Assembly (NCBI GenBank): GCA_964435595.1 | Contig: CAYSZV010000002.1 | Coordinates: forward strand, 39,956 to 103,955 | Source of the DNA: an uncultured Candidatus Izemoplasmatales bacterium | GTDB lineage: Bacteria > Bacillota_I > Bacilli_A > Izemoplasmatales > Izemoplasmataceae | Direction: 5' to 3' | Length of the DNA: 64,000 nt | Part shown: positions 18,821 through 27,228 of the stretch, in pieces | How positions within the stretch are numbered: position 1 is the stretch's first letter | How the letters are laid out: every line of letters begins with the position of its first letter | Program-made: the position numbers and the translations under genes | Notes under the pieces: generated by a model | What the model was told of the DNA's origin: nothing | What the model saw: only the letters and a program-made list of their open reading frames with translations | Database searches by the model: none

Positions 18821-19100
18821 AATAGATAATATTAAGGAAACAGTTAAATTGTTCAAAATCTTCAGCGACAACACAAGACTACGTATCATTGATTTACTTG
18901 TGTCAGGAGAATATTGTGTACAAGATATTTCAGATAATTTAGAAACTAGCCAATCAGCAATTTCTCATCAACTAAAATTATTAAGAGATCTGAATGTGGT
19001 AAAAACAAGAAAACATGGAAAACAAGTATTCTACTCATTACAAGATAGTCATATCAAAGATATTTATCTGACTGGATACAATCACGCTAACGAATGTTAA
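18804..19100 (+). CDS. ArsR/SmtB family metalloregulator with alpha5 (DxH-x10-H-x2-E) site
   Basis: 98 aa with a winged HTH. The C-terminal LQDSHIKDIYLTGYNHANE reproduces the SmtB/CzrA alpha5 Zn site spacing. It overlaps the ATPase stop by 17 nt. Confidence 0.85.
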   Translation: MEDQVKIDNIKETVKLFKIFSDNTRLRIIDLLVSGEYCVQDISDNLETSQSAISHQLKLLRDLNVVKTRKHGKQVFYSLQDSHIKDIYLTGYNHANEC

Positions 19101-19106
19101 AAAAAA

Positions 19107-19132
19107 AGCTGAAATTCAATTGAATTTCAGCT
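19107..19132. terminator. bidirectional intrinsic terminator
   Basis: Perfect hairpin AGCTGAAATTC-AATT-GAATTTCAGCT flanked by A8 and T8. It overlaps the last codons of rsgA. Confidence 0.8.
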
Positions 19133-20119
19133 TTTTTTTCGTTTGTTTTGTAACCTAGCTCTTGCCAGTTCTCGCTGTGCATTATGTTTGTTCAATCGTA
19201 ATGTATGTTGATAAGAATCAAACACTTCTTGATTGAGTTCTCCAGAGTCAAGTTCTTTTCTTACATTACATCCTGGTTCATTTGTGTGTGAACAATCTTG
19301 AAATTTACAGTATTGTGAAGCATTCATAATTTGCTCATAAGAAGATTCCAAATCATCCACTACATAGGAATATACCATTCGTATTCCAGGAGTATCAATT
19401 ACAAAGCCACCATTTGGAAGTGCAATCATCTCTCTATGTGACGTAGTGTGCCTACCTTGCGCATCGGATTCCCGAATTGTTTTTGTAGCAAACCACTCCT
19501 CATTTAGTAAATGATTTACAATTGTTGATTTCCCAACCCCACTACTTCCTAAAAAGACACCAGTTTTGTTGGTAACCAAATGATTGATTCGCTCGATACT
19601 ATCTCGATCCTCAACCGATACTACCACGATAGAACTTTTCAAATCAATACTTCTGACTTTATCAATATATGAATCAATATTCTCGACTAAATCTGCCTTC
19701 GTTAAAACAATAATTGTTTCTGCATCCGACGTATAAGCCAATGATAAGAATCGTCTCAATTTTCTTAGGTTGAAGTCTTGATTCAAACTCATACAAACAA
19801 AGACAATATCAATGTTCGTTGCAAGCAATTGTTCTTCGCCAGTTTTCGACACACCAACCCTACTAAGACTAGAATACCTACTACATACTTTTTCTATAAT
19901 CCCTGAATTATCATATTCACTTGGACGGAAGATAACATAATCACCCACAACAGGATAATCATTTTTTTGATAACTTAAATATTTAAATCTACCACTCACA
20001 TTACAATAATACTGTTTCTCATTAACAATACAAACATATTGTGTTTTGTGAACGGAAATTACTCTACCAAGCAAGAATGGTTCTTGGTATTTGCTATATT
20101 CGTCTTTAATTTTATTCAA
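19127..20119 (-). CDS. rsgA: ribosome small subunit-dependent GTPase A
   Basis: 330 aa with an OB fold, circularly permuted GTPase motifs (TKADL ... GSSGVGKST ... DTPG) and a C-terminal zinc knuckle CKFQDCSHTNEPGC. It has a TTG start with a GGAGAG RBS. Confidence 0.9.
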   Translation of the reverse strand: MNKIKDEYSKYQEPFLLGRVISVHKTQYVCIVNEKQYYCNVSGRFKYLSYQKNDYPVVGDYVIFRPSEYDNSGIIEKVCSRYSSLSRVGVSKTGEEQLLATNIDIVFVCMSLNQDFNLRKLRRFLSLAYTSDAETIIVLTKADLVENIDSYIDKVRSIDLKSSIVVVSVEDRDSIERINHLVTNKTGVFLGSSGVGKSTIVNHLLNEEWFATKTIRESDAQGRHTTSHREMIALPNGGFVIDTPGIRMVYSYVVDDLESSYEQIMNASQYCKFQDCSHTNEPGCNVRKELDSGELNQEVFDSYQHTLRLNKHNAQRELARARLQNKRKKS

Positions 20120-20152
20120 TCTTTCTCTCCTTTTTTATTGATATTTTTGAGA

Positions 20153-20244
20153 TATACAATTGAATACAAAGCAAATAAAAAGTCCTACACAAGTAGGACT
20201 GTAACGTAGCCTTAGACTGTGTATGTGATGTATTCAATTGTATA
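20153..20244. repeat. perfect 16-bp inverted repeat enclosing the terminator
   Basis: TATACAATTGAATACA (20153-20168) and TGTATTCAATTGTATA (20229-20244) are exact reverse complements 60 nt apart. Confidence 0.9.
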
Positions 20245-20288
20245 CGAGTTTAATGTTCTCATAAGACATCACTTCCTTTCTAATAAGC
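20173..20288 (-). ncRNA. candidate ~115-nt leader RNA or stand-alone sRNA upstream of rsgA
   Basis: It is bounded by a consensus promoter (20296-20324) and a strong terminator, AGTCCTAC-UUGU-GUAGGACU plus UUUUUAUUU (+ 20177-20200). The family is unknown. Confidence 0.4.
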
Positions 20289-20295
20289 TAGTTGT

Positions 20296-20324
20296 ATTAT
20301 ATAATATAGATTTCTAATTGTCAA
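20296..20324 (-). promoter_or_regulatory. perfect consensus sigma-A promoter
   Basis: Minus strand TTGACA (20319-20324), a 17-nt spacer, then TATAAT (20296-20301). Confidence 0.7.
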
Positions 20325-20343
20325 AAAATTATTTAACTATACA

Positions 20344-20787
20344 TTAATAGACTTTACCCTGTTCCACAGCTTCTTTTTCCTTCTTATCACCTATTCCAGC
20401 ACCTATTGCAAGACCTATTGGAATACCTATACCTACAAATGCTGGATTGATTGAAACAAAAGCTCCACCTAACGCTACACCAATAGCTATTCCCATCCCA
20501 GTATGCTCTGCTCTTATTTGACCTTCAGCAGTGAATCCATATTTTTTTCTTACCTCTTTTTGTAGTGATGTAAAAGATTTTCTATATTCTTTTGGTTTTA
20601 ACGTTTCATCATGAACTAACTTATACAATAATTCATATGATTGAACCATTGGTACTCTCATTTCACTAAATTTTTCATCATCGAGTATATTTGATAAGTT
20701 TATAAAAATCTGAATTTTGTATTTTTTTTGTTTCTTTTCATCACATTCCTGCTTCAATAATTCTAATTTTTCTGAAATCTCATTCAT
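20344..20787 (-). CDS. hypothetical protein with C-terminal glycine-zipper membrane segment
   Basis: 147 aa with a charged helical N-terminal half, followed by GMGIAIGVALGGAFVSINPAFVGIGIPIGLAIGAGIG. Confidence 0.6.
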   Translation of the reverse strand: MNEISEKLELLKQECDEKKQKKYKIQIFINLSNILDDEKFSEMRVPMVQSYELLYKLVHDETLKPKEYRKSFTSLQKEVRKKYGFTAEGQIRAEHTGMGIAIGVALGGAFVSINPAFVGIGIPIGLAIGAGIGDKKEKEAVEQGKVY

Positions 20788-20817
20788 AATATCACCTCAA
20801 ATATAATTATAACAAAA

Positions 20818-20838
20818 AAGTGTCCATATAGGACACTT
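20818..20838 (-). terminator. intrinsic terminator after tyrS
   Basis: Hairpin AAGTGTCC-N5-GGACACTT with a T-run on the minus strand. Confidence 0.7.
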
Positions 20839-20842
20839 CTTT

Positions 20843-22078
20843 TTAATGCTTAATCAATGCGTACTTTTTCTTTCCTCTTTTTAATACAGTAAATTCTCCA
20901 CCGACTGCATTTTCTCTTTTGACCATGAATTCTAAATCTTGAATTTTTTCACCATTCACGCTTACTGCATTACTAGTAATAAATTGTCTAGATTCACGCT
21001 TACTCGAAGCAAGATTTGCTTCTATCAATGCATCTACCAAATTGATTTCCTCTTTAATTGTAACACTTGGAACATCTTTGAAACCGTCTTTAATTTCTTC
21101 CACTGATAACTCTTTAATATTTCCACTGAATAATGCTTGAGAAATGCGAACAGCACTATCATATGCTTCTCTACCATGAACCAACACAGTTAACTCCTCA
21201 GCAATTTTTTTCTGCGCTAAACGTTGATGTGGAGCACTTTCAAATTCATCGATAATATTTTTAGTTTCTTCTACACTCATAAATGTAAATTTCTTCAAGA
21301 ATGAAACAGCATCTTTGTCAGGTGTATTTATCCAATATTGATAAAACTCATATACACTTGTTTTATCTTTATCGAGCCAAATAGCTCCACCCGCAGTTTT
21401 ACCAAATTTCGATCCATCAGCTTTTGTTAATAAAGGCCAAGTGAAACAGTAAGCTTTCGCTTCAGGTCCTTCTACTTTTCTAATTAATTCCAATCCTGCT
21501 GTTACATTTCCCCATTGGTCTTGACCACCAATTTGCAATTCACAATTTTCTCGTTGGTATAACTCTAAAAAATCTAATGATTGAATAATTTGATAACTGA
21601 ATTCTGTGAAACTAATTCCATTATCTAGTCTGGACTTTACACTGTCTTTCGCAATCATATGATTGATGTTAAAATGTTTTCCAATATCTCGTAAAAATCT
21701 AATCACATCATATTCTTTAATCCAATCATAATTATTCACAACTTTTGCAGTTGGTAAGACATTCAAGATTTGATTTGTAATTTTCTTACTATTTTCCAAT
21801 GTAGTTTCTAAAGTAAGTAAATTTCTCTCACTACTTCTTCCTGATGGATCACCAATTAATCCAGTCCCCCCACCAATCACTAAAATAGGATGATGTCCTC
21901 TATCCTGTAAACGTTTTGAAACTAGATATGATATTAAATGACCAACATGTAAACTATCAGCAGTCGGATCTGCTCCTACATAGAAAGTCATAGGTTTTTG
22001 TTCTAGTGCTTCTTCTAATGCAGGATCTGTCATATCATATAACAAATCTCTCCATTTCAGTTCTTGAATTAAATTCAT
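20843..22078 (-). CDS. tyrS: tyrosine--tRNA ligase
   Basis: 411 aa with a HIGH-type motif (SLHVGHL), KMSKS-type KFGKT and a C-terminal S4-like domain. Confidence 0.96.
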   Translation of the reverse strand: MNLIQELKWRDLLYDMTDPALEEALEQKPMTFYVGADPTADSLHVGHLISYLVSKRLQDRGHHPILVIGGGTGLIGDPSGRSSERNLLTLETTLENSKKITNQILNVLPTAKVVNNYDWIKEYDVIRFLRDIGKHFNINHMIAKDSVKSRLDNGISFTEFSYQIIQSLDFLELYQRENCELQIGGQDQWGNVTAGLELIRKVEGPEAKAYCFTWPLLTKADGSKFGKTAGGAIWLDKDKTSVYEFYQYWINTPDKDAVSFLKKFTFMSVEETKNIIDEFESAPHQRLAQKKIAEELTVLVHGREAYDSAVRISQALFSGNIKELSVEEIKDGFKDVPSVTIKEEINLVDALIEANLASSKRESRQFITSNAVSVNGEKIQDLEFMVKRENAVGGEFTVLKRGKKKYALIKH

Positions 22079-22084
22079 TTTTCT

Positions 22085-22330
22085 TTCCTCCTAAAAATTA
22101 AAAAAGTTCGTCCTAACAAAAGGACGAACTTTATATTCCGCGGTACCACCTTGATTCTAGATTTCTCTAGCACTCTATCGTTATAACGGAACGACCGTCC
22201 ATACTTTTCATATAGAAGCTCATAAGTGTATAAGTATTTCGTTATCTTAGTTTTCACCAACCACTAAGTCTCTATGAATAACATTCGATACTCTCTTTTA
22301 ATCACAGCTTATATTTTGTAACTACCTATT
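22085..22330 (-). promoter_or_regulatory. T-box leader of tyrS
   Basis: The minus strand reads AATCAAGGTGGTACCGCGG (core at + 22138-22150). It is followed by the terminator AGTTCGTCCT-N6-AGGACGAACT plus a T-run (+ 22105-22130). It shares TTCTAGATTTCTCTAGC and TATAACGGA blocks with the thrS leader. A UAC is present in the upstream stem region. Confidence 0.85.
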
Positions 22331-22367
22331 TTATAACAAATCTTCAAGCGTTAATCAATAGTTTTTT

Positions 22368-23369
22368 CTATAAAGTTGTTTTTCTCAACACGATTGAATG
22401 AGGTAATTTAACAACACGCTCTGAAACTTCTTCTTTATTCATCAATTTTGTTAATAGTCTCATACCAACAGCTCCTAAATCATAAATAGGAACATCAACA
22501 CATGATAATTGTGGTCTAGCTAATCTAGCATATTTCGTATTTTGGAATCCCACAACTCCGATTTCTTCTGGAACCTTAACATCATTATCACGAGCAACAT
22601 TCATAAATGAAATCGCAATACTATCTCGTACAGCTACAACACCATCAACGATGTTTTCTTTAAAATATTCATTGAAGTGCTCTGTATTAATAGAAATACG
22701 TCCACTTGTTCTCATAATTTTAGATGGAAGTCCAGCTTCATTAACAGCCTTTAGATATCCACTTTCTTTTAGATCATTAACCATATATTTACGTACAGTG
22801 GAAACCATGTAAATATGTTTTCTACCTTCATCAATTAATTTTTTAGTGATTTCATACCCTGCTTTTTCATAATCAATTGAAACTGATGGAATTTCATCAT
22901 CATCTGGGTAGAATGTATTTGCAAGTACAACAGGTATTTGATACGTATTTTTTACAGTTTTTAAGAAGTCATATTGTGCGTCTGTAATTTCATCATTAAG
23001 ATATAAAATACCATCTACTTGTGCAGCGATGATTTCTCTTAAAATATCTTCTTCACTTGCATCTTCACTTTCTAAAACATATAAAAGGATAGAGTATTTA
23101 TATACTCTTGCGATATCCGCAATCCCGTTCATCATTTCTGCAATACTTTGTCTTGTCATATCAGGTACTACTACAGCTACTGTAGTAGATTTTCTTGAAG
23201 CTAGTCCTTTTGCGAATGCATTTGGTTTATAACCTAGTTCTTCAATTACTTTCAAAACTCGTTCTCTTGTTTCCGGCTTCACTTTTTCCGGATTATTGAT
23301 TGCTCTTGAAACTGTCGCTAGACTAACTCTAGCTGCTCCAGCTACATCATAAATCGTTGCTTTGCTCAT
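22368..23369 (-). CDS. ccpA: LacI family regulator, CcpA-like
   Basis: The N-terminus ATIYDVAGAARVSLATVSRAINNPEKVKPETRERVLKVIEELGYKPNAFAKGLASRKSTTVAVVVPD closely parallels B. subtilis CcpA. The ATG at 23369 has a GAAGGTG RBS. Calling it CcpA rather than generic LacI is inference. Confidence 0.7.
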   Translation of the reverse strand: MSKATIYDVAGAARVSLATVSRAINNPEKVKPETRERVLKVIEELGYKPNAFAKGLASRKSTTVAVVVPDMTRQSIAEMMNGIADIARVYKYSILLYVLESEDASEEDILREIIAAQVDGILYLNDEITDAQYDFLKTVKNTYQIPVVLANTFYPDDDEIPSVSIDYEKAGYEITKKLIDEGRKHIYMVSTVRKYMVNDLKESGYLKAVNEAGLPSKIMRTSGRISINTEHFNEYFKENIVDGVVAVRDSIAISFMNVARDNDVKVPEEIGVVGFQNTKYARLARPQLSCVDVPIYDLGAVGMRLLTKLMNKEEVSERVVKLPHSIVLRKTTL

Positions 23370-23408
23370 AATTAGCACCTTCTTTCAACAATATGATTAT
23401 ATCATAGA

Positions 23409-23454
23409 TGAAAATGTTTTCAATTGTATTACGTAACAAAATGAAAAGTTTTCA
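23409..23454. promoter_or_regulatory. two cre-like/LacI-type operator palindromes upstream of the ccpA-like gene
   Basis: TGAAAATGTTTTCA (23409-23422) has one mismatch to the cre consensus TGWAANCGNTNWCA. TGAAAAGTTTTCA lies at 23442-23454. Confidence 0.45.
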
Positions 23455-23542
23455 TAAATTTGTGCAAATTGCCAAATAATTTACAAATTTAAAATAAGAA
23501 TTTATAAATTTTTATAATTATTAATGTAATGAAAAAAGAAAA

Positions 23543-23563
23543 AAGACACCAATTTGGTGTCTT
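23543..23563 (-). terminator. intrinsic terminator after rplS
   Basis: Hairpin AAGACACC-N5-GGTGTCTT with a T-run on the minus strand. Confidence 0.75.
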
Positions 23564-23567
23564 TTCA

Positions 23568-23915
23568 TTATCTACGTTCTTTGATACGTGATTGTTTCGC
23601 AGAAAGACCTCTAATATAGAATAGTCTAGCTCTACGAACTTTACCTCTTCTAACAACATCGATTTTTTCTACTTGTGGCGAATGAATTGGGAATGTTCTT
23701 TCTACACCAATTCCGTAAGAAATTTTTCTTACTGTGAATGTTTCACTAATTCCTCCACCTTGTCTTTTGATTACTAATCCTTCAAATACCTGGATTCTTT
23801 CTTTGTTTCCCTCTTTAATTTTAACAGAAACTTTTACAGAATCTCCAGCTCTAAATACTGGTACTTCAGGTTTTTGATAATCTTTCGTAATCTCATGTAG
23901 TAATTGCTGAGACAT
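23568..23915 (-). CDS. rplS: 50S ribosomal protein L19
   Basis: 115 aa starting [15 protein letters not shown], with an AAGGAG RBS. The longer track ORF start is rejected. Confidence 0.95.
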   Translation of the reverse strand: MSQQLLHEITKDYQKPEVPVFRAGDSVKVSVKIKEGNKERIQVFEGLVIKRQGGGISETFTVRKISYGIGVERTFPIHSPQVEKIDVVRRGKVRRARLFYIRGLSAKQSRIKERR

Positions 23916-24030
23916 GATATCAACTCCTTTTATTAAACTATTGCTCATAAGGAATCTTCCAAAGCGGAGCAAAGCGTGTTTCTTGCTTAATCAGCGAAAT
24001 AATTATAGCATAGCGAATTACAGAAAGCAA
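23916..24030 (-). promoter_or_regulatory. dedicated rplS promoter plus ~80-nt leader (possible L19-leader type autoregulatory RNA)
   Basis: Minus strand TTGCTT (24025-24030), a 17-nt spacer, then TATAAT (24002-24007). The leader can pair as GCAAG...CTTTGC. Assignment as an L19 leader motif is unverified. Confidence 0.4.
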
Positions 24031-24035
24031 CTCTT

Positions 24036-26027
24036 TTATTCATCAAATGTGACGTGTTGATAACTATTATATTCGCGGCCATTAATTATAATATAAATAT
24101 GAAAATATCCTTGTAAATTTGTTTCATTTATATAAAAGGTTACAAAACGTTGATCCTCACGCAAAGTAACAGTACACATTGCTGTGAAATCGGTTGTTGA
24201 AGTAGGTACATAATAAATTACTTCTTCATCATTATTAGAAACGAATTTCAAATAAATCACATCATCAGAATCAAATTTACCTTCGAACTGTAAACGATCT
24301 TCCTGTTTGATAAGTGAAATTTCATATAATTCAGGTACTGTGTCAAACAAACTAAATCTAGTTTCAACGAGACCTGTATATACTTGTGTTTCAGCCAATT
24401 CTCCTACGACTAGTCCTGGTCCTGTTTTAAAGGTTTCTATTTCACTATATAATTGTATTCTTTTTGCTTGATAATAATTATCTGGAATTTCTAAATAATA
24501 TTTGATTTCCCCATCCAATACTTCATAGGTCATAGAACGATAGTAAACCGTAGAATCTCCATCATATAATGGACCTGGAATATTCAAAATTTCTCGTCCT
24601 GCAACTCCATGTCCTCCACTATGAACCAAATAATGATTTTCTCCATAGTAGTCTACATTTGAAATATAAGGGGAATAAAAATCTGGTCCTATTTCTTTTC
24701 CGAATTGATACACTTGTTCAATCGTCATATTTTCTTTATCAATATGATAGTGAACCAATCTAGAGTATGATTCAGACGCTGGAACATACGTTGCAGAGTC
24801 TTTTGACTTGTTGTTTCCATTATCAAACAGAATCACATCACCATCTGGTAAAAACATTGCACTATGTTGAGCATACTGCCATTCGAAATCTTCTCCAACT
24901 GGCGTTAGAAAATAACTTTCAACCATGTTGGCACTCCAATTATCAGGATCTCCAATTATGTAATTTATTTCATTTGAATCTCGGTCGATACTAACAACGA
25001 TATCTTGATGTCTACCTGAGACTAAAATCTCATTGGTGCTTGGATTATAATCAATACTATTACTATGGAACCAATCATATGCAGTCCACATTTCAGATGG
25101 TCCCTGCAATTCAGGCAATAGTATCTCTAAGTTGATTACATCAACAATTTCTCCACTACCACTATCAATTTCTACAATTTTATCCTCTACGGTCCCTTCG
25201 AAATCACTAGTTAATGCTAAAAAGTTTCCGTTTGGCAACACTTCAACATCATGATGATATCCACCAGGAATTCTATAATCTTTATATATTTTTCCTAAAA
25301 AATCTACTTCATATAGTCCAGTCACATAATATGGATCTAAAATCAATCGATCACTTCCTAATAATAAGTTACCATTTTCCAATACAATCGGTGCAAACGT
25401 TAAGTTTTTTGTTAATACAAATCGAATATCACCATTGTAATCAAGAGCCATAGGGTAACTGTTTTGAGCAGGAATAACAAGCATTAAGTCATTGCCAAAA
25501 TATTCATATGATGTATTGACTTCAGTAGGTCTAACAACTTCCTCAGGTAATGCCTTTGTTTGAATCACCTGGCTATGAAGCAAGATTCCTCTATCCCCAT
25601 CGACATATTCATAAAACTCTACAACGTTCGGATAATTTTCATAAAGTCCATAAATGGGAACGTAATGTGTTGAAGCAACTGGTGTCAAAAATGACAAATC
25701 TGCATTTTCTTCTTTCCCCTTTACCACAACTTCATATTGTGTAGCTACAGATGTTTCAAACATCATCAAAGCAGAAAGCGGAGCAACTTGATACGGATCC
25801 AACACTACAAACGGTGCCCCCACACTATAGTATCCTTTTTCATATTCATCGAAAAATGCATCTTGTAGTCGTTGTTGTATTTCAATGATATTTGGTTCAC
25901 CAATAACATCAGATGAAACTGGTCTAGTTAAGCCGAATATCATAAATCCGACGAGTAACAATAGTACAAATATTGAAGGCACAATTAAAATTAAGTTTTG
26001 TTTAAAAAACTTCCAAATTTTATTCAT
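24036..26027 (-). CDS. arylsulfotransferase (ASST)-like extracytoplasmic protein, N-terminal membrane anchor
   Basis: ~663 aa. The motifs GGYHHDVEVLPNGNFLAL, WFHSNSIDYNPSTNEILVSGRHQD and WQYAQHSAMFLPDGDVILFDNGNN resemble the ASST beta-propeller family. The ATG at 26027 has a GGAGGA RBS and overlaps the trmD stop by 8 nt. Confidence 0.65.
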   Translation of the reverse strand: MNKIWKFFKQNLILIVPSIFVLLLLVGFMIFGLTRPVSSDVIGEPNIIEIQQRLQDAFFDEYEKGYYSVGAPFVVLDPYQVAPLSALMMFETSVATQYEVVVKGKEENADLSFLTPVASTHYVPIYGLYENYPNVVEFYEYVDGDRGILLHSQVIQTKALPEEVVRPTEVNTSYEYFGNDLMLVIPAQNSYPMALDYNGDIRFVLTKNLTFAPIVLENGNLLLGSDRLILDPYYVTGLYEVDFLGKIYKDYRIPGGYHHDVEVLPNGNFLALTSDFEGTVEDKIVEIDSGSGEIVDVINLEILLPELQGPSEMWTAYDWFHSNSIDYNPSTNEILVSGRHQDIVVSIDRDSNEINYIIGDPDNWSANMVESYFLTPVGEDFEWQYAQHSAMFLPDGDVILFDNGNNKSKDSATYVPASESYSRLVHYHIDKENMTIEQVYQFGKEIGPDFYSPYISNVDYYGENHYLVHSGGHGVAGREILNIPGPLYDGDSTVYYRSMTYEVLDGEIKYYLEIPDNYYQAKRIQLYSEIETFKTGPGLVVGELAETQVYTGLVETRFSLFDTVPELYEISLIKQEDRLQFEGKFDSDDVIYLKFVSNNDEEVIYYVPTSTTDFTAMCTVTLREDQRFVTFYINETNLQGYFHIYIIINGREYNSYQHVTFDE

Positions 26028-26718
26028 CTTTGTTTCCTCCTTCAACATATTTTTTATATAAATCAGGTCGACGTTCTTTTGTTCTTTTTATCGATTCATT
26101 TAAACGCCACTCTTCAATCAATTTATGGTTTCCGTTCACTAAAACATCAGGGACAATTTTCCCTTCATATTCTCTTGGTCTTGTATAATGAGGATGTTCT
26201 AATAAATCATTGTTAAAAGAATCATTTTGATGAGATTCATCTTTACCAATCACATTTGGAATCACTCGAGTAATCGCATCCACAAGAACCATTGCTGCCA
26301 ATTCTCCGCCTGTTAATACAAAATCTCCAATAGAAATTTCTAAATCAAAATAGGATCTGATTCTTTCATCATATCCTTCATAATGTCCACACAAAATAAT
26401 AATGTGTGAAAGTGTACTAAATTGGTATGCTATATCTTGTTTAAATTGTTTCCCTTGCGGAGTCACAAGAATCTTCAAAGCTTGTTCATATCCCTCAATA
26501 CTGCGCAAGGCATCAACAACAGGTTGAACTTGAAGAACCATACCTGCTCCCCCACCAAACGGATAGTCATCAACTTTTTTATGTTTAGAATCAGAAAATT
26601 CGCGAAAATCAATCACATTGACTTCAACAAGATCATTTTTCATTGCTCTTGCCAAAATACTTTCACTTAAGAAGCCTTCAAACATTGTTGGAAAGAGGGT
26701 TAAAATCTCTATTTTCAT
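26020..26718 (-). CDS. trmD: tRNA (guanine37-N1)-methyltransferase
   Basis: MKIEILTLFPTMFEGFL..., DDYPFGGGAGMV and the C-terminal GNHKLIEEWR are TrmD signatures. There is an ATGA overlap with rimM. Confidence 0.96.
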   Translation of the reverse strand: MKIEILTLFPTMFEGFLSESILARAMKNDLVEVNVIDFREFSDSKHKKVDDYPFGGGAGMVLQVQPVVDALRSIEGYEQALKILVTPQGKQFKQDIAYQFSTLSHIIILCGHYEGYDERIRSYFDLEISIGDFVLTGGELAAMVLVDAITRVIPNVIGKDESHQNDSFNNDLLEHPHYTRPREYEGKIVPDVLVNGNHKLIEEWRLNESIKRTKERRPDLYKKYVEGGNKDE

Positions 26719-27218
26719 AAAAGCCCCTCCCACTCAGTGAGATAAATCTTTCTATTTTTCAAATCAACATCTTTTACAAATTGCTTTAAAAACGGAACCA
26801 AGATGTTTTTCTTTTCTTCTGTATTAATAACTAGATATTCCCCTTGAGGGTATTCTCTAATGTCTTTGACAAAACCAACCGGTGAATCAGTAATGATTTC
26901 ACATCCAATTAAGTCAGTATAGTAAAACTCATCTTCATTTGTAATAACATGGATTTGTTCTTGATCAATAAACAGTTCAGACCCTTTGAGTTTCTCGACA
27001 TCATTAATATGCGTTAACTCTTCAAAATCGATATATTCAAGACCTTTCACTGTTTTCGCATTTGTTATTGTAACTGGGATATATTCATTCTTAAAGAAGA
27101 TATATAAAGTGTTCCCTTTTTTATATCTTTCTTCTTTAAAGTCTGTGAACGATTTCACCTTAACTGTACCTCTAAGTCCATGCGTATTTGCAATCGCTCC
27201 TATTTTAATATATTCCAT
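26715..27218 (-). CDS. rimM: 16S rRNA processing protein RimM
   Basis: 167 aa with IGAIANTHGLRGTVKVKSFTDF and a PRC barrel C-terminus. The ATG at 27218 has an AAGGTGG RBS. Confidence 0.92.
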   Translation of the reverse strand: MEYIKIGAIANTHGLRGTVKVKSFTDFKEERYKKGNTLYIFFKNEYIPVTITNAKTVKGLEYIDFEELTHINDVEKLKGSELFIDQEQIHVITNEDEFYYTDLIGCEIITDSPVGFVKDIREYPQGEYLVINTEEKKNILVPFLKQFVKDVDLKNRKIYLTEWEGLL

Positions 27219-27228
27219 AATTTCCACC

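Noticed and set aside
20153-20244. Interpreting the 16-bp inverted repeats as the terminal repeats of a 92-bp MITE (possible TA target duplication).
   Set aside because: There is only one copy in 64 kb, no transposase and no clear target-site duplication. A leader-RNA or operator explanation fits the promoter/terminator context better. A genome-wide repeat search would settle it.
22075-22260. 61-aa ORF immediately upstream of tyrS.
   Set aside because: It coincides with the tyrS T-box leader (T-box core and terminator lie inside it). The RNA element explains the region.
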